Source: Bdellovibrio sp. (GTDB taxonomy: Bacteria; Bdellovibrionota; Bdellovibrionia; Bdellovibrionales; Bdellovibrionaceae). Taken from it: a stretch of DNA of 64,000 bases. The stretch spans positions 544,001 through 608,000 of the forward strand of contig JAKFBS010000001.1 in the NCBI GenBank assembly GCA_036677065.1, in the 5' to 3' direction. Shown piece after piece: positions 29,341 through 38,284 of this stretch. How positions within the stretch are numbered: position 1 is the first letter of the stretch; every line of letters starts with the position of its first letter. Both the position numbers and the translations under genes were made by a program. Under the pieces are notes generated by a model. The model was given only the letters and a program-made list of their open reading frames with translations, made no database searches and had not been told where the DNA came from.

Positions 29341-30123
29341 CTAAGCCCTTTGTAAACGACGATCAAACGCCGCAAGTACGCGCTCTAATTGCTTCATCGT
29401 TGTATCAAAAGTCTCAAGCGTTAGAGCTTGAGGACCATCGGATAAAGCTTCTTTAGGATTTGGATGAGATTCAATAATTAAACCATCAGCGCCTGCTGCC
29501 GCAGAAGCGTAGCAAAGCTGTGGAATCATATCGGCGATGCCAACAGCGTGTGAAGGATCAACGATAACAGGTAATTGTGTATGTTTTTTTGCATACACAA
29601 CAGCGTTAAGATCTAACGTATTACGAGTTGCTGTTTCAAAAGTACGAATGCCGCGTTCGCATAAAATAACGTTTTCATTGCCACCAGAAATTACGTAATC
29701 CGCGGCTTTGATCCATTCGTCGATAAAGGCCGAAAAACCACGTTTTAATAAAACTGGTTTTGGTTGGCGGCCTAATTCTTTTAATAATGAATAGTTGTGC
29801 ATATTGCGCGCGCCAACTTGGTAACCGTCAACAAGATGGGCGATCTCTTCGATTTGACGAATATCAGTAACTTCAGAAACTAAGCCAAGGCCTGTAGCAG
29901 CTTTTACTTTTTTAATAATATCAAAAGCTTCAGTGCCTAAACCCTGAAAAGCTTTTGCCGAGGTACGCATTTTCCAGATACCGCCACGTAACATGCAGGC
30001 GCCAGAATTTTTAACAGCAAGAGCGGTCTTCATGAATTGTTGTTCTGACTCAATAGAACATGGGCCTGCGATTACAGTAAATTGCGGACCACCGATTTGA
30101 ATATTACCAACTTGTACGACCAT
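29341..30123 (-). CDS. aroF: DAHP synthase type I-beta, catalytic barrel only
   Basis: IAGPCSIES, RGG..K.RTS, QVGARNM, LLKRG, LCERGIRTFE and DPSHA motifs; no regulatory extension. Confidence 0.93.
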   Translation of the reverse strand: MVVQVGNIQIGGPQFTVIAGPCSIESEQQFMKTALAVKNSGACMLRGGIWKMRTSAKAFQGLGTEAFDIIKKVKAATGLGLVSEVTDIRQIEEIAHLVDGYQVGARNMHNYSLLKELGRQPKPVLLKRGFSAFIDEWIKAADYVISGGNENVILCERGIRTFETATRNTLDLNAVVYAKKHTQLPVIVDPSHAVGIADMIPQLCYASAAAGADGLIIESHPNPKEALSDGPQALTLETFDTTMKQLERVLAAFDRRLQRA

Positions 30124-30156
30124 GAATGCCTTTGCTATGCTAATGCCAGTGTGGAT

Positions 30157-31242
30157 ATGGACCTTAACATAAACGATTTAACTAGTTCAAACTTTTTAAC
30201 TGCTGGAGGCCTACTTCAGACAGGCTTAGATCAATTTATATTGCTTCTGGGAGCGAGAAAGCCTGTTTTTGATGCTAGGGCAGGCGATTCCCATCAGCTT
30301 TTCGTTTACAACCCACAATTTTGGGATTTTTTACAGGCGGACTCACAGCCAAATAAGGGTCTTTTTCGCGTTGAAAAAACTCTCAAAATCACTCGCGAAG
30401 AGCTTAAAAATTACTTAGAAAAATTTGTTTTAGCAAAAGCATCGGCCTTGGCGTTAGTTGATAATCATCAAAGTGATTTTGAAACGCAATTTGCGTGGTC
30501 ACAAAAAAAATTCCGAGAAAAATTATTACAGAAAACTGTTCCGGCTACTAAATTTGAATTTTCAATTAAAGAAAAATTTAATTTTGCTTACCATTTGTTT
30601 TTATCGTTACAAAAAAATCGTCCGGGATTTATTTATGGTTTGTGGGATGAAGCGGGTGGATTTTTAGGTTTAACTCCTGAAACATTAGCTGCTTGGGATG
30701 GGAAAAAACTTTCAACGATGGCTCTTGCCGGAACTTGGAGTAACGATCAGTCTTTTGATCATGTCTCTGATGTGGATATGAAAACGCGAGAAGAGCATGA
30801 GTTTGTTATTAATGATATTCGTGAGCGCTTAGGTCAAATCTCGGTCGGAAACACTGAAATTCTGACGCTTCCAACCTTAAGCCATTTAAAAACTGAAATT
30901 GCGCAAGAGTGTTTATCGCAAGCTGAATTTATTTCTTCAGTTGAAAAATTGCATCCAACTGCTGCGTTAGGAATTTATCCGCGTAAACCCGAATTAGCCC
31001 ACGAATTCTCAAAGTTTAACGTGCAACAGCAGCGCGGATTTTTTGGAGCACCCTTTGGCGTGATTGGTAAAAATTTTGCTCATGTGGTGGTAGGCATTCG
31101 TGGTCTTATCTGGACTGCAAATCGAGTAAATTTACATGTGGGTTGCGGCGTAACTGCGCAAAGTGATCAATCTAGCGAATGGCAAGAGCTACAGACGAAA
31201 AAGAAGGCTATATGCGAAGCTTTTTCGTTGCAGATTTTATAA
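30157..31242 (+). CDS. menF: Isochorismate synthase (chorismate-binding enzyme)
   Basis: GLTPETL, MALAGT, EEHEFV, LHPTAALG and GCGV..S....EW.E motifs; directly upstream of menD. Confidence 0.85.
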   Translation: MDLNINDLTSSNFLTAGGLLQTGLDQFILLLGARKPVFDARAGDSHQLFVYNPQFWDFLQADSQPNKGLFRVEKTLKITREELKNYLEKFVLAKASALALVDNHQSDFETQFAWSQKKFREKLLQKTVPATKFEFSIKEKFNFAYHLFLSLQKNRPGFIYGLWDEAGGFLGLTPETLAAWDGKKLSTMALAGTWSNDQSFDHVSDVDMKTREEHEFVINDIRERLGQISVGNTEILTLPTLSHLKTEIAQECLSQAEFISSVEKLHPTAALGIYPRKPELAHEFSKFNVQQQRGFFGAPFGVIGKNFAHVVVGIRGLIWTANRVNLHVGCGVTAQSDQSSEWQELQTKKKAICEAFSLQIL

Positions 31243-31265
31243 AATCAAGTTGAATAGAATTGTCT

Positions 31266-32867
31266 ATGACAAATGCCGAATTGGTTTCTCATTTTTATCA
31301 GATTTTAATTAATCTCGAGGTCTCAGAGGTTATCGTTTGTGCTGGTGCTCGCAACGCTCCTTTAGTCGTTGGGCTTGAAAGCCGTTCATTTAAAGTAAAA
31401 TCATTTTTTGAAGAACGTTCTGCGGGGTTTTACGCTTTAGGTAAAATCAAAGCCAGCGGTAAACCTGTAGCGATTATGACAACCTCTGGAACTGCGGTGG
31501 CTGAATTATTACCAGCCGTGGTTGAAGCTTACTATCAAGGTTTGCCATTAATTGTTGTCAGTGCCGATCGTCCGAAAAATTATCGCGGTTCAGGGGCTCC
31601 GCAAGCTATTGATCAAGCGGGTATTTTTAATTCCTATGTGCACAAATGTTATGATTGGGACGTCAATCAAACAGATTTAAAAATAGAATTCGCTGCTAAA
31701 AAACCATTACATTTTAACTTATGTTTTGATGAGCCTTTAATTGATGGCGATTTTTCTATTATGACAAATAAATTTGTCGAAGTGAATAAGATCGAATCTT
31801 TTAAAGCAAAAGACTTTGACGCTAAATACGGCGAAGAAGCGAAATTATTTAAAAATCCATTGGTGATTTTAAGCCAACTTTCACTTGTTGAAAAAGAACA
31901 AGTGAAAGAGATTTTACAAAAGTATCAGATTTATCACTATGCCGAATCTCTTTCTGGACTGCTTGGTGATCCGGCATTAGCTTCGCTACAATTAAATAAC
32001 TGCGAACCGTTGCTGGGTTCTTTTTTAGAAAAAGATCTATTTTCGTCAGTTATTCGCGTGGGCGGAGTGCCTACTTTACGTTTGTGGCGTGATCTAGAAA
32101 AAAAATACGCGCACGTTCCTGTATTATCGATTTCAGAATTGCCTTTTTCTGGTTTAGCCCGAAAGTCATTACAAACTGGTTTTGAAAATTTAGATGTCTT
32201 ATTAAATGCAGCCGAATATCGTAAAATCGATTATACAGATTTAAATCAACAGATTCAGGCTAAAAAAGTTACGGCCCTGACTGAGTTCAGAAATTCAGAA
32301 CAAAATTTTATTTTTTCTTTAAGCCAGCTTATTAAATTTCAGCCAGTTTATATCGGTAATTCATTGCCAATCCGCGAATGGGACCAGTTTTCGCAAGGCG
32401 CCTTTCCAGACACTTACGGTAACCGCGGCGCCAACGGGATAGACGGCCAGATTTCAACCTACTTAGGCTGGTCAAATCAGTTTAATATCTCTTGGGCCAT
32501 CATTGGTGATCTAACGGCGATGTATGACCTTGCAGCTTTGGCAATTAATCGCGATGATAATAAGGCCTCGTGCAAATGTTTAGTGGTGATTAATAATCAA
32601 GGTGGGCAGATCTTTAAAAAGGTGTTTGGCCATCAAAAAGAGAGTGCAAAGTTTTTAAATCCTCATGATATTCAATTTCAGGGGTGGGCGCAGATGTTTG
32701 GGTGGAATTACCTTCAAATAGCTGATGTCGCAGATCTTAATCAAGTAGAACAACTGATCGCAAAAAAAGAACAGAAAAATTTTGTGATTGAAATACAAAC
32801 AGACCAACAGCAATCGAATGCCGTTTGGAAATTTATGGAAGAAACATGCAAAACCGTCAAATATTAG
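31266..32867 (+). CDS. menD: SEPHCHC synthase
   Basis: CAGARNAPL, EERSAGFYALG, TTSGTAVAELLPA, GNSLPIR, NRGANGIDG and GDL...D motifs. Confidence 0.95.
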   Translation: MTNAELVSHFYQILINLEVSEVIVCAGARNAPLVVGLESRSFKVKSFFEERSAGFYALGKIKASGKPVAIMTTSGTAVAELLPAVVEAYYQGLPLIVVSADRPKNYRGSGAPQAIDQAGIFNSYVHKCYDWDVNQTDLKIEFAAKKPLHFNLCFDEPLIDGDFSIMTNKFVEVNKIESFKAKDFDAKYGEEAKLFKNPLVILSQLSLVEKEQVKEILQKYQIYHYAESLSGLLGDPALASLQLNNCEPLLGSFLEKDLFSSVIRVGGVPTLRLWRDLEKKYAHVPVLSISELPFSGLARKSLQTGFENLDVLLNAAEYRKIDYTDLNQQIQAKKVTALTEFRNSEQNFIFSLSQLIKFQPVYIGNSLPIREWDQFSQGAFPDTYGNRGANGIDGQISTYLGWSNQFNISWAIIGDLTAMYDLAALAINRDDNKASCKCLVVINNQGGQIFKKVFGHQKESAKFLNPHDIQFQGWAQMFGWNYLQIADVADLNQVEQLIAKKEQKNFVIEIQTDQQQSNAVWKFMEETCKTVKY

Positions 32868-33568
32868 CATTACATGGATTTTTAGGTAGAGGCCGCGACT
32901 GGTACAAGGTGCAAACATTAACTCCGCGCCACGAATGGATTACGCCAGAATTATTCGCTCCCAAATCACCAATTGGTGATATTGATTTAGCTTCGTTTAA
33001 TGTTTTAGCTGACCGATTAGTTTCTTTTATACCAGAAAAAACACAACCGATTTTTGTGGGTTATTCACTAGGTGCACGCATCGGTTTATATCTTTTAGAA
33101 CGCCATCCAGATCGCTTTAAAAAATTTATTTTCTTAAGTGCTCACCCAGGATTATCGAGTCCGGCTGAAAAACAAGCGCGCAAACTCAATGATTTAGAAT
33201 GGAAAGACAAATTGGCGAATATGCCATGGGCTGATTTTTGGAATGAGTGGAATTCTCAAGACGTATTTAAACGTGATAATGACCGCGAACTTATGCGTGA
33301 TGCCCGTGATGTTGATGTTAAAAAATTAGAGCTAGGTTTTACAACATTGTCATTAGCTGCCCAGGAAAACAAAGAAGCCGTACTTCAAAAGCACGCTAAC
33401 AAAGTCATCTGGGCTGTAGGCGATCAGGATCAAAAATTCACTAGTTTTGCTGAGGATTTAAAACGAAAAAAAATCCTTTCAGGTTATGAAAGGATTTTTA
33501 ATTCAGGACATCGTGTTCTTTTTGATCAGCCTTCCGCAGTGGCTGACTTAATTGATTCTATTAGTTAG
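32846..33568 (+). CDS. menH: SHCHC synthase (alpha/beta hydrolase)
   Basis: LHGFLG, GYSLGAR, VG..D.KF and GH motifs; overlaps the end of menD. Confidence 0.85.
   Translation: MQNRQILALHGFLGRGRDWYKVQTLTPRHEWITPELFAPKSPIGDIDLASFNVLADRLVSFIPEKTQPIFVGYSLGARIGLYLLERHPDRFKKFIFLSAHPGLSSPAEKQARKLNDLEWKDKLANMPWADFWNEWNSQDVFKRDNDRELMRDARDVDVKKLELGFTTLSLAAQENKEAVLQKHANKVIWAVGDQDQKFTSFAEDLKRKKILSGYERIFNSGHRVLFDQPSAVADLIDSIS
33466..33499 (-). terminator. Terminator-like hairpin inside the menH coding sequence, serving the convergent protease gene
   Basis: AAAAAAAATCCTTTC-aggttat-GAAAGGATTTTT. Confidence 0.6.
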
Positions 33569-34517
33569 CTTTGGCTACAGTGCCTTCATCAGCAACCGGC
33601 GTATTCACTTGCTCGATGGCTAAAGCGATCCAGTCAAGTTGACCAGCTACGCCTGTATAGATAGCGCCTTCGTTACAGTTACCCAGTAAGTTAGTACCAC
33701 GGCTAGTAACACCAACTTGGATGTAAGAGCCGTCTTCTAATTTTAATAAAGCAGGCCCGCCTGAATCTCCGTGGCAAGCCCCCCTTAAATTTTGTTGATC
33801 AAATGAAATTTCTTTTTGGTCAGCTGTTACACCAGTGACAGCGATATTAGAAACTCTTCTTAATGTGCCAGATCCACGACCTGGAAGTTCGATCGTTGCT
33901 GGTTGGCCATTTTTACCGATAACTACTTTACCGTTTTTATCTTTAAGAACTTTGCGGATAACAGCGTTTGTGATGCCGTAGCCCGCTAAAGTTAATTTAG
34001 AACCTTTAACTAATTGTTTAATCGTTTCATCAGTAGGTAGCACAGCTAATTTGAAATCAGCAGGCGCTTCTTTTTCTAATTTAACAATCGCGATATCATT
34101 CCAAACTTTTGATTTATCATCAGTTGGAGCGAAATCTGGGTGAACCGCGCCGTTCGTAGCGTAGATCACTTGCTCTTCAGTCACTTTACGATCGTCTAAC
34201 GAAAATAATACAGCGATACCTCGTAAGCCTTCGTCAGCAATACAATGAGCGGCTGTTAACACGATATCACGGGCAATAAGGCTGCCTGTGCATGTCGACG
34301 TGCCCATGTCGCTGATGATTTTTAATTGAACGATACCATTAGCTTTTTGAAAATTAGAGTCAGCTAAAAGACCGCCAAGGATATTTGAATTTTGGATTTC
34401 ATTTGAGTTTAGATATGAAGGAGCAGCGCTTTGGCTTTGCGGTGCACATGATGTGAATAACGCGGTCGCCGTGATCGCTAGAACTGCAGCAGTCTTTTTC
34501 ATCATTTCTTTTTTCAT
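33561..34517 (-). CDS. Trypsin-like S1 serine protease lipoprotein, copy 1
   Basis: Lipobox FTSC, ILGG mature start, LTAAHC, DIA, CHGDSGGP; AAGGAGG RBS before ATG 34517. Confidence 0.95.
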   Translation of the reverse strand: MKKEMMKKTAAVLAITATALFTSCAPQSQSAAPSYLNSNEIQNSNILGGLLADSNFQKANGIVQLKIISDMGTSTCTGSLIARDIVLTAAHCIADEGLRGIAVLFSLDDRKVTEEQVIYATNGAVHPDFAPTDDKSKVWNDIAIVKLEKEAPADFKLAVLPTDETIKQLVKGSKLTLAGYGITNAVIRKVLKDKNGKVVIGKNGQPATIELPGRGSGTLRRVSNIAVTGVTADQKEISFDQQNLRGACHGDSGGPALLKLEDGSYIQVGVTSRGTNLLGNCNEGAIYTGVAGQLDWIALAIEQVNTPVADEGTVAKAN

Positions 34518-34595
34518 ATCTTCCTCCTTGGAACGATTTACGAATTTAAGATCCTCCTGGATGCCCCTCATCCTAGAGGACCCAAATTCGTAGGT

Positions 34596-34635
34596 GCAAT
34601 AAAACCCATTCTGGAACCAGAGTCACAACATTAAA
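34596..34635. repeat. 40-bp conserved upstream element, copy 1
   Basis: 39/40 identical to 35741-35780. Confidence 0.85.
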
Positions 34636-34690
34636 GATTATGCTGTCTATAAGCTTTGTTTATGGTTTGGTGATGCCCCAAAATTTGAGC

Positions 34691-34728
34691 AAAAAAAATC
34701 CCTTCAAGGCTTATGAAGGGATTTTTTT
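34691..34728. terminator. Intrinsic terminator after protease copy 2
   Basis: AAAAAAAATCCCTTCA-aggctta-TGAAGGGATTTTTTT. Confidence 0.8.
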
Positions 34729-34756
34729 ATTTCGTGAAATCTGTGTGTTTAGATTT

Positions 34757-35713
34757 TTACTTCTTATTAATTTGCGCGACAGCTTTATTGATAAAGTCTT
34801 GATGGCCAAGTACGCCAGTGTAGATAACGCCTTCGTTGCAATTACCTAATTTGTTAGTGCCACGGCTAGTAACTCCAACTTGGATATCAGTGCCGTCTTG
34901 TAATTTAAGTAAAGCAGGCCCGCCTGAATCTCCGTGGCAAGCCCCCTTTAAATTTCTTTGATCTAATGAGATTTCTTTTTGATCAGATGTAAGGTGAGTT
35001 ACAACCATATCAGAAACTAGTCTTAAGGTGCCAGAGCCTTCGCTCGGGAATTCAACCACTTGAGGTTGTCCGTTTTTATCAAGTACAGGTTTGCCGTTTT
35101 TATCTTTTTTGTAGTCGCGAACAATGGCATTAGTGATGCCGTAGCCAGCAAAAGTTAATTTTGAACCCACTAACAGCTGCTCAATAGTTTTAGCTGTTGG
35201 TAAAACAGCTAGTTTAAAATCAGCAGGAGCAGCAGCTGATAATTTAACGATCGCGATGTCATTCTGAATAGCTGTATCGTCGTCAACTTGAGGATTTTGA
35301 ACGTAAGCTGGGTTGATAATCCAGTCTTTAGCTGCAATTGCAGTGGCTTTTACATTTGTTAAGTTAAAAAGCACATCTACTTTATCAGCTGATGTCTTAC
35401 TAGACACACAGTGAGCCGCAGTTAAAACGATATCACGAGTGATAAGGCTGCCTGTGCAAATTGATTCTGAAAGAGTAATTGTCTTACCTAAAAATTTAAG
35501 AACTTTTTTTACTCTTAACTGAACGATACCGTGAGATTTTTGGTAATTAGAATCAGCTAATTGGCCACCCACTATATTTGAATTTTCAACTTCGTTACCA
35601 GAGTTTAGATATGATTGCGATGCGCTTTGAGATTGTGGCGCACATGATGCGAATAGTGCAGAAGCTGTTAAAGCTAATACTGCGGCAGTTTGTTTCATCA
35701 TTTCTTTTTTCAT
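34757..35713 (-). CDS. Trypsin-like S1 serine protease lipoprotein, copy 2
   Basis: Lipobox FASC, IVGG, LTAAHC, DIA, CHGDSGGP; clear paralogue of 33561-34517. Confidence 0.95.
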   Translation of the reverse strand: MKKEMMKQTAAVLALTASALFASCAPQSQSASQSYLNSGNEVENSNIVGGQLADSNYQKSHGIVQLRVKKVLKFLGKTITLSESICTGSLITRDIVLTAAHCVSSKTSADKVDVLFNLTNVKATAIAAKDWIINPAYVQNPQVDDDTAIQNDIAIVKLSAAAPADFKLAVLPTAKTIEQLLVGSKLTFAGYGITNAIVRDYKKDKNGKPVLDKNGQPQVVEFPSEGSGTLRLVSDMVVTHLTSDQKEISLDQRNLKGACHGDSGGPALLKLQDGTDIQVGVTSRGTNKLGNCNEGVIYTGVLGHQDFINKAVAQINKK

Positions 35714-35740
35714 ATCTTTCCCCTTTGTGGAACTAAGTGC

Positions 35741-35780
35741 GCAATAAAACCCATTGTGGAACCAGAGTCACAACATTAAA
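35741..35780. repeat. 40-bp conserved upstream element, copy 2
   Basis: GCAATAAAACCCATTGTGGAACCAGAGTCACAACATTAAA. Confidence 0.85.
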
Positions 35781-35804
35781 AGCTATGGGGGCTATAAGAA
35801 ATGC

Positions 35805-36740
35805 TTATACTCTGTCTGTAGCGGCTACCAGGGCGGCTTTGATGCCTGGTTCGCCGGCAGCGTGGCCTGCATCTTGGATAATTTCTAGGCGAGCTTCGGG
35901 CCAAGCCATATGGAGGTCCCAAGCGCTTCTTGCCGGGCAAACCACATCGTAGCGGCCTTGCACGATATCGCAGGGAATATACTTAATTTTTGCAATATTT
36001 TCCAAAATCCAGTTGTTGGTTTTGAAGAATGAATTATTGATAAAGTAATGGCACTCAATACGGGCGAATTGCAGAGCATAAGTAGGATCATCAAAATCAT
36101 CGATGGCTTTTACATCCACGAATAATTTTGAAGTGGCAGCTTCCCATTTGCTCCATACCTTGGCTGCAGCTAAGCGCACATCTGCGTTTTCGTGAGTTAA
36201 ACGTTTGTAATACGCTTTGACGAAATCACCGCGTTCATCAGCCGGGATGTGGTTATAATAACTTTCCCACACATCTGGGTAAATTTCTGAAGCGCCATGC
36301 TGGTAGAACCAGTGAATTTCAGAAGGACGACATAAGAAAATTCCGCGTAAAATTAAATGCTGAACTTTTTCTGGATGAGTGATCGCATAAGTTAGCGCTA
36401 AGGTTGAACCCCAGCTGCCACCGAACACCACCCATTTTTGGATGCCTAAGTGTTCACGAATTTTTTCAATGTCAGCAACTAGATCCCAAGTTGTGTTTTC
36501 TTTTAATTCAGCTGCGGGAGTCGATTTGCCAGCACCCCGTTGATCAAATAAAACGATACGAAATTTTTTCGGGTCAAAAAATCTGCGGTGGTCTTCATGA
36601 ATACCGCCGCCGGGCCCGCCGTGTAAAAAGATAACCGGAATGCCTTCTGGGTTTCCGGCTTGTTCGACATACAACGTGTGGATGTCAGACACTTTGAACA
36701 TTTCAGTCTTAAAGGCTTGGATTTCTGGGTAAAAACTCAT
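35805..36740 (-). CDS. pip: Proline iminopeptidase
   Basis: HGGPGGG, DQRGAG.STP, FGGSWGSTL, LRGIF, QGRYDVVCP and AGH motifs. Confidence 0.96.
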   Translation of the reverse strand: MSFYPEIQAFKTEMFKVSDIHTLYVEQAGNPEGIPVIFLHGGPGGGIHEDHRRFFDPKKFRIVLFDQRGAGKSTPAAELKENTTWDLVADIEKIREHLGIQKWVVFGGSWGSTLALTYAITHPEKVQHLILRGIFLCRPSEIHWFYQHGASEIYPDVWESYYNHIPADERGDFVKAYYKRLTHENADVRLAAAKVWSKWEAATSKLFVDVKAIDDFDDPTYALQFARIECHYFINNSFFKTNNWILENIAKIKYIPCDIVQGRYDVVCPARSAWDLHMAWPEARLEIIQDAGHAAGEPGIKAALVAATDRV

Positions 36741-36756
36741 AAAGGTATCTCCGTAA

Positions 36757-37251
36757 TTATTTAAAATTTTCAATGAAAACGGCCGAGACGATAATCACAA
36801 TCAATGCGATTAAAATATACTGGGTCATTTGGTTTTTGTTTGAGTTAGAAAACTTATCAAGCTGAGTTTTCGTGTAATAATCAACTAACGGCAGTCGGTG
36901 GGTCGCACACAACGTGAGATCAGTTGTCGTGTAATCGCATTTCGGGCAGTAAAGTTCGTTGTCTGGCAAGAAATGACCGTCTTCTTTTAAGGGGATGCCT
37001 AATTCGTGCAAATAACTTTTGATCAGTAATAGGGATTCTGAGTCCACTTCGATAAATAAAAATTCTCCCAGAGGTGTAACTGGGGTTTGGTGGCGTTCAA
37101 GATAAGTTTTATTGGCCACTTCGTCTTGATACTTTTTGACGAGATCCTGATCGATATCAATTTTATAATTGTGGCCTAAGGGATCAATTTTTGATTTGAT
37201 CTGATTAATTTGTGGTTCTGAAAAAGGCCCAAGGCGAATGGTTTTTGCCAT
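36757..37251 (-). CDS. Hypothetical protein with CxxC...CxxH metal-binding motif and C-terminal TM anchor
   Basis: YCPKCDYTTTDLTLCATHRLPLV; hydrophobic C-terminus. Confidence 0.65.
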   Translation of the reverse strand: MAKTIRLGPFSEPQINQIKSKIDPLGHNYKIDIDQDLVKKYQDEVANKTYLERHQTPVTPLGEFLFIEVDSESLLLIKSYLHELGIPLKEDGHFLPDNELYCPKCDYTTTDLTLCATHRLPLVDYYTKTQLDKFSNSNKNQMTQYILIALIVIIVSAVFIENFK

Positions 37252-37253
37252 TG

Positions 37254-38273
37254 TTAACCTTTAAACGCAGCCGTTTTTTTTGCTATTGGAATAAAACTTT
37301 TATTGAAGGCAATTTCATTACAGCGGGCGAATTCTTTTAAACCAAAACCTTGATATTCTTGGGCGATCACATATTCATCCGTTAAAACTGAAGCAAACAT
37401 TCCGGGATCATCAGAATTTAGTGTTAATGGAACTCCCGCATCGTAAAGTTTTTTTAGCGGATGATCTTTATAGCTGGCAAAAGCTTGAGTTAAATAATTG
37501 CTATGCGGGCAAACCTCTAAAGGAATATCTTTTTCGATAAGCATTTTCATCACATCAGGATAATGAATAGCTTGAACACCGTGACCGATACGTTCAGCAC
37601 CTAAAATTTCGATAGAATCTTTGATCCAGTTGCCTGCATCAGGAGATGGTGATTCGCCCGAGTGAACGGTAATGTGAAGCCCTGCTTTTTTCGCGCGTTC
37701 AAAGTCTTTGGCAAATTTTCTTGGTTCTGAACCTGCTTCGTCATCTGCTAAATCTAAAGCGATGAAAGTGTCTTTATTTTCAATCGCAAAATCTGTGACT
37801 GAAGCTACTTTTTCTAAAGGTAAAATTCGCTGTAAAATACAAATTAAGCCAGTGGCGATTTGCATTTGTTTTTCTGCGCGGGTTAAGCCACGCACAAACG
37901 CTTGGTGAATTTTTTCATACGATAATGAACTGTGGCCATCAGCAATGAACGTCGGGGCATAGCGCATTTCGCAAATTCTTACGCCATCGTTAAACGCATC
38001 TTCACAGGCTTCAAAAGCTAAACGTTCTAAGATTTCTTCTGAAGCTAAAACTTTTTGCGCGATTAAAAATTTCGACAAAACAGCGTTTAAATCCTTCATC
38101 GGCTCAGTCACCAGAAAGTGAGAACGTTGCTGCGCTGAGTTTTTTGGAATTTCGATCTTTAAAGTTGTCGCAATTTCAAGCAAAGTGCTCCATCTCATTG
38201 AGCAATCCATATGGCGATGCAAGTCAATTTTCGGAAGTGAGCGGAGTTCTTGAATAGATAGTTTTGATGACAT
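37254..38273 (-). CDS. add: Adenosine deaminase
   Basis: PKIDLHRHMD, TVHSGE, ERIGHG, LEVCPHSN and NSDDP motifs. Confidence 0.92.
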   Translation of the reverse strand: MSSKLSIQELRSLPKIDLHRHMDCSMRWSTLLEIATTLKIEIPKNSAQQRSHFLVTEPMKDLNAVLSKFLIAQKVLASEEILERLAFEACEDAFNDGVRICEMRYAPTFIADGHSSLSYEKIHQAFVRGLTRAEKQMQIATGLICILQRILPLEKVASVTDFAIENKDTFIALDLADDEAGSEPRKFAKDFERAKKAGLHITVHSGESPSPDAGNWIKDSIEILGAERIGHGVQAIHYPDVMKMLIEKDIPLEVCPHSNYLTQAFASYKDHPLKKLYDAGVPLTLNSDDPGMFASVLTDEYVIAQEYQGFGLKEFARCNEIAFNKSFIPIAKKTAAFKG

Positions 38274-38284
38274 AAAAAAGATGT

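Noticed and set aside
30082..30156. Long N-terminal extensions given by the ORF track (also 13361, 53004, 54561, 60928)
   Set aside because: They overlap divergent genes or precede clear RBS/signal-peptide starts; downstream starts were used instead.
34596..34612. Sigma54 promoter within the 40-bp protease element
   Set aside because: TTGC is present but GG-to-GC spacing is 8, not the required 10.
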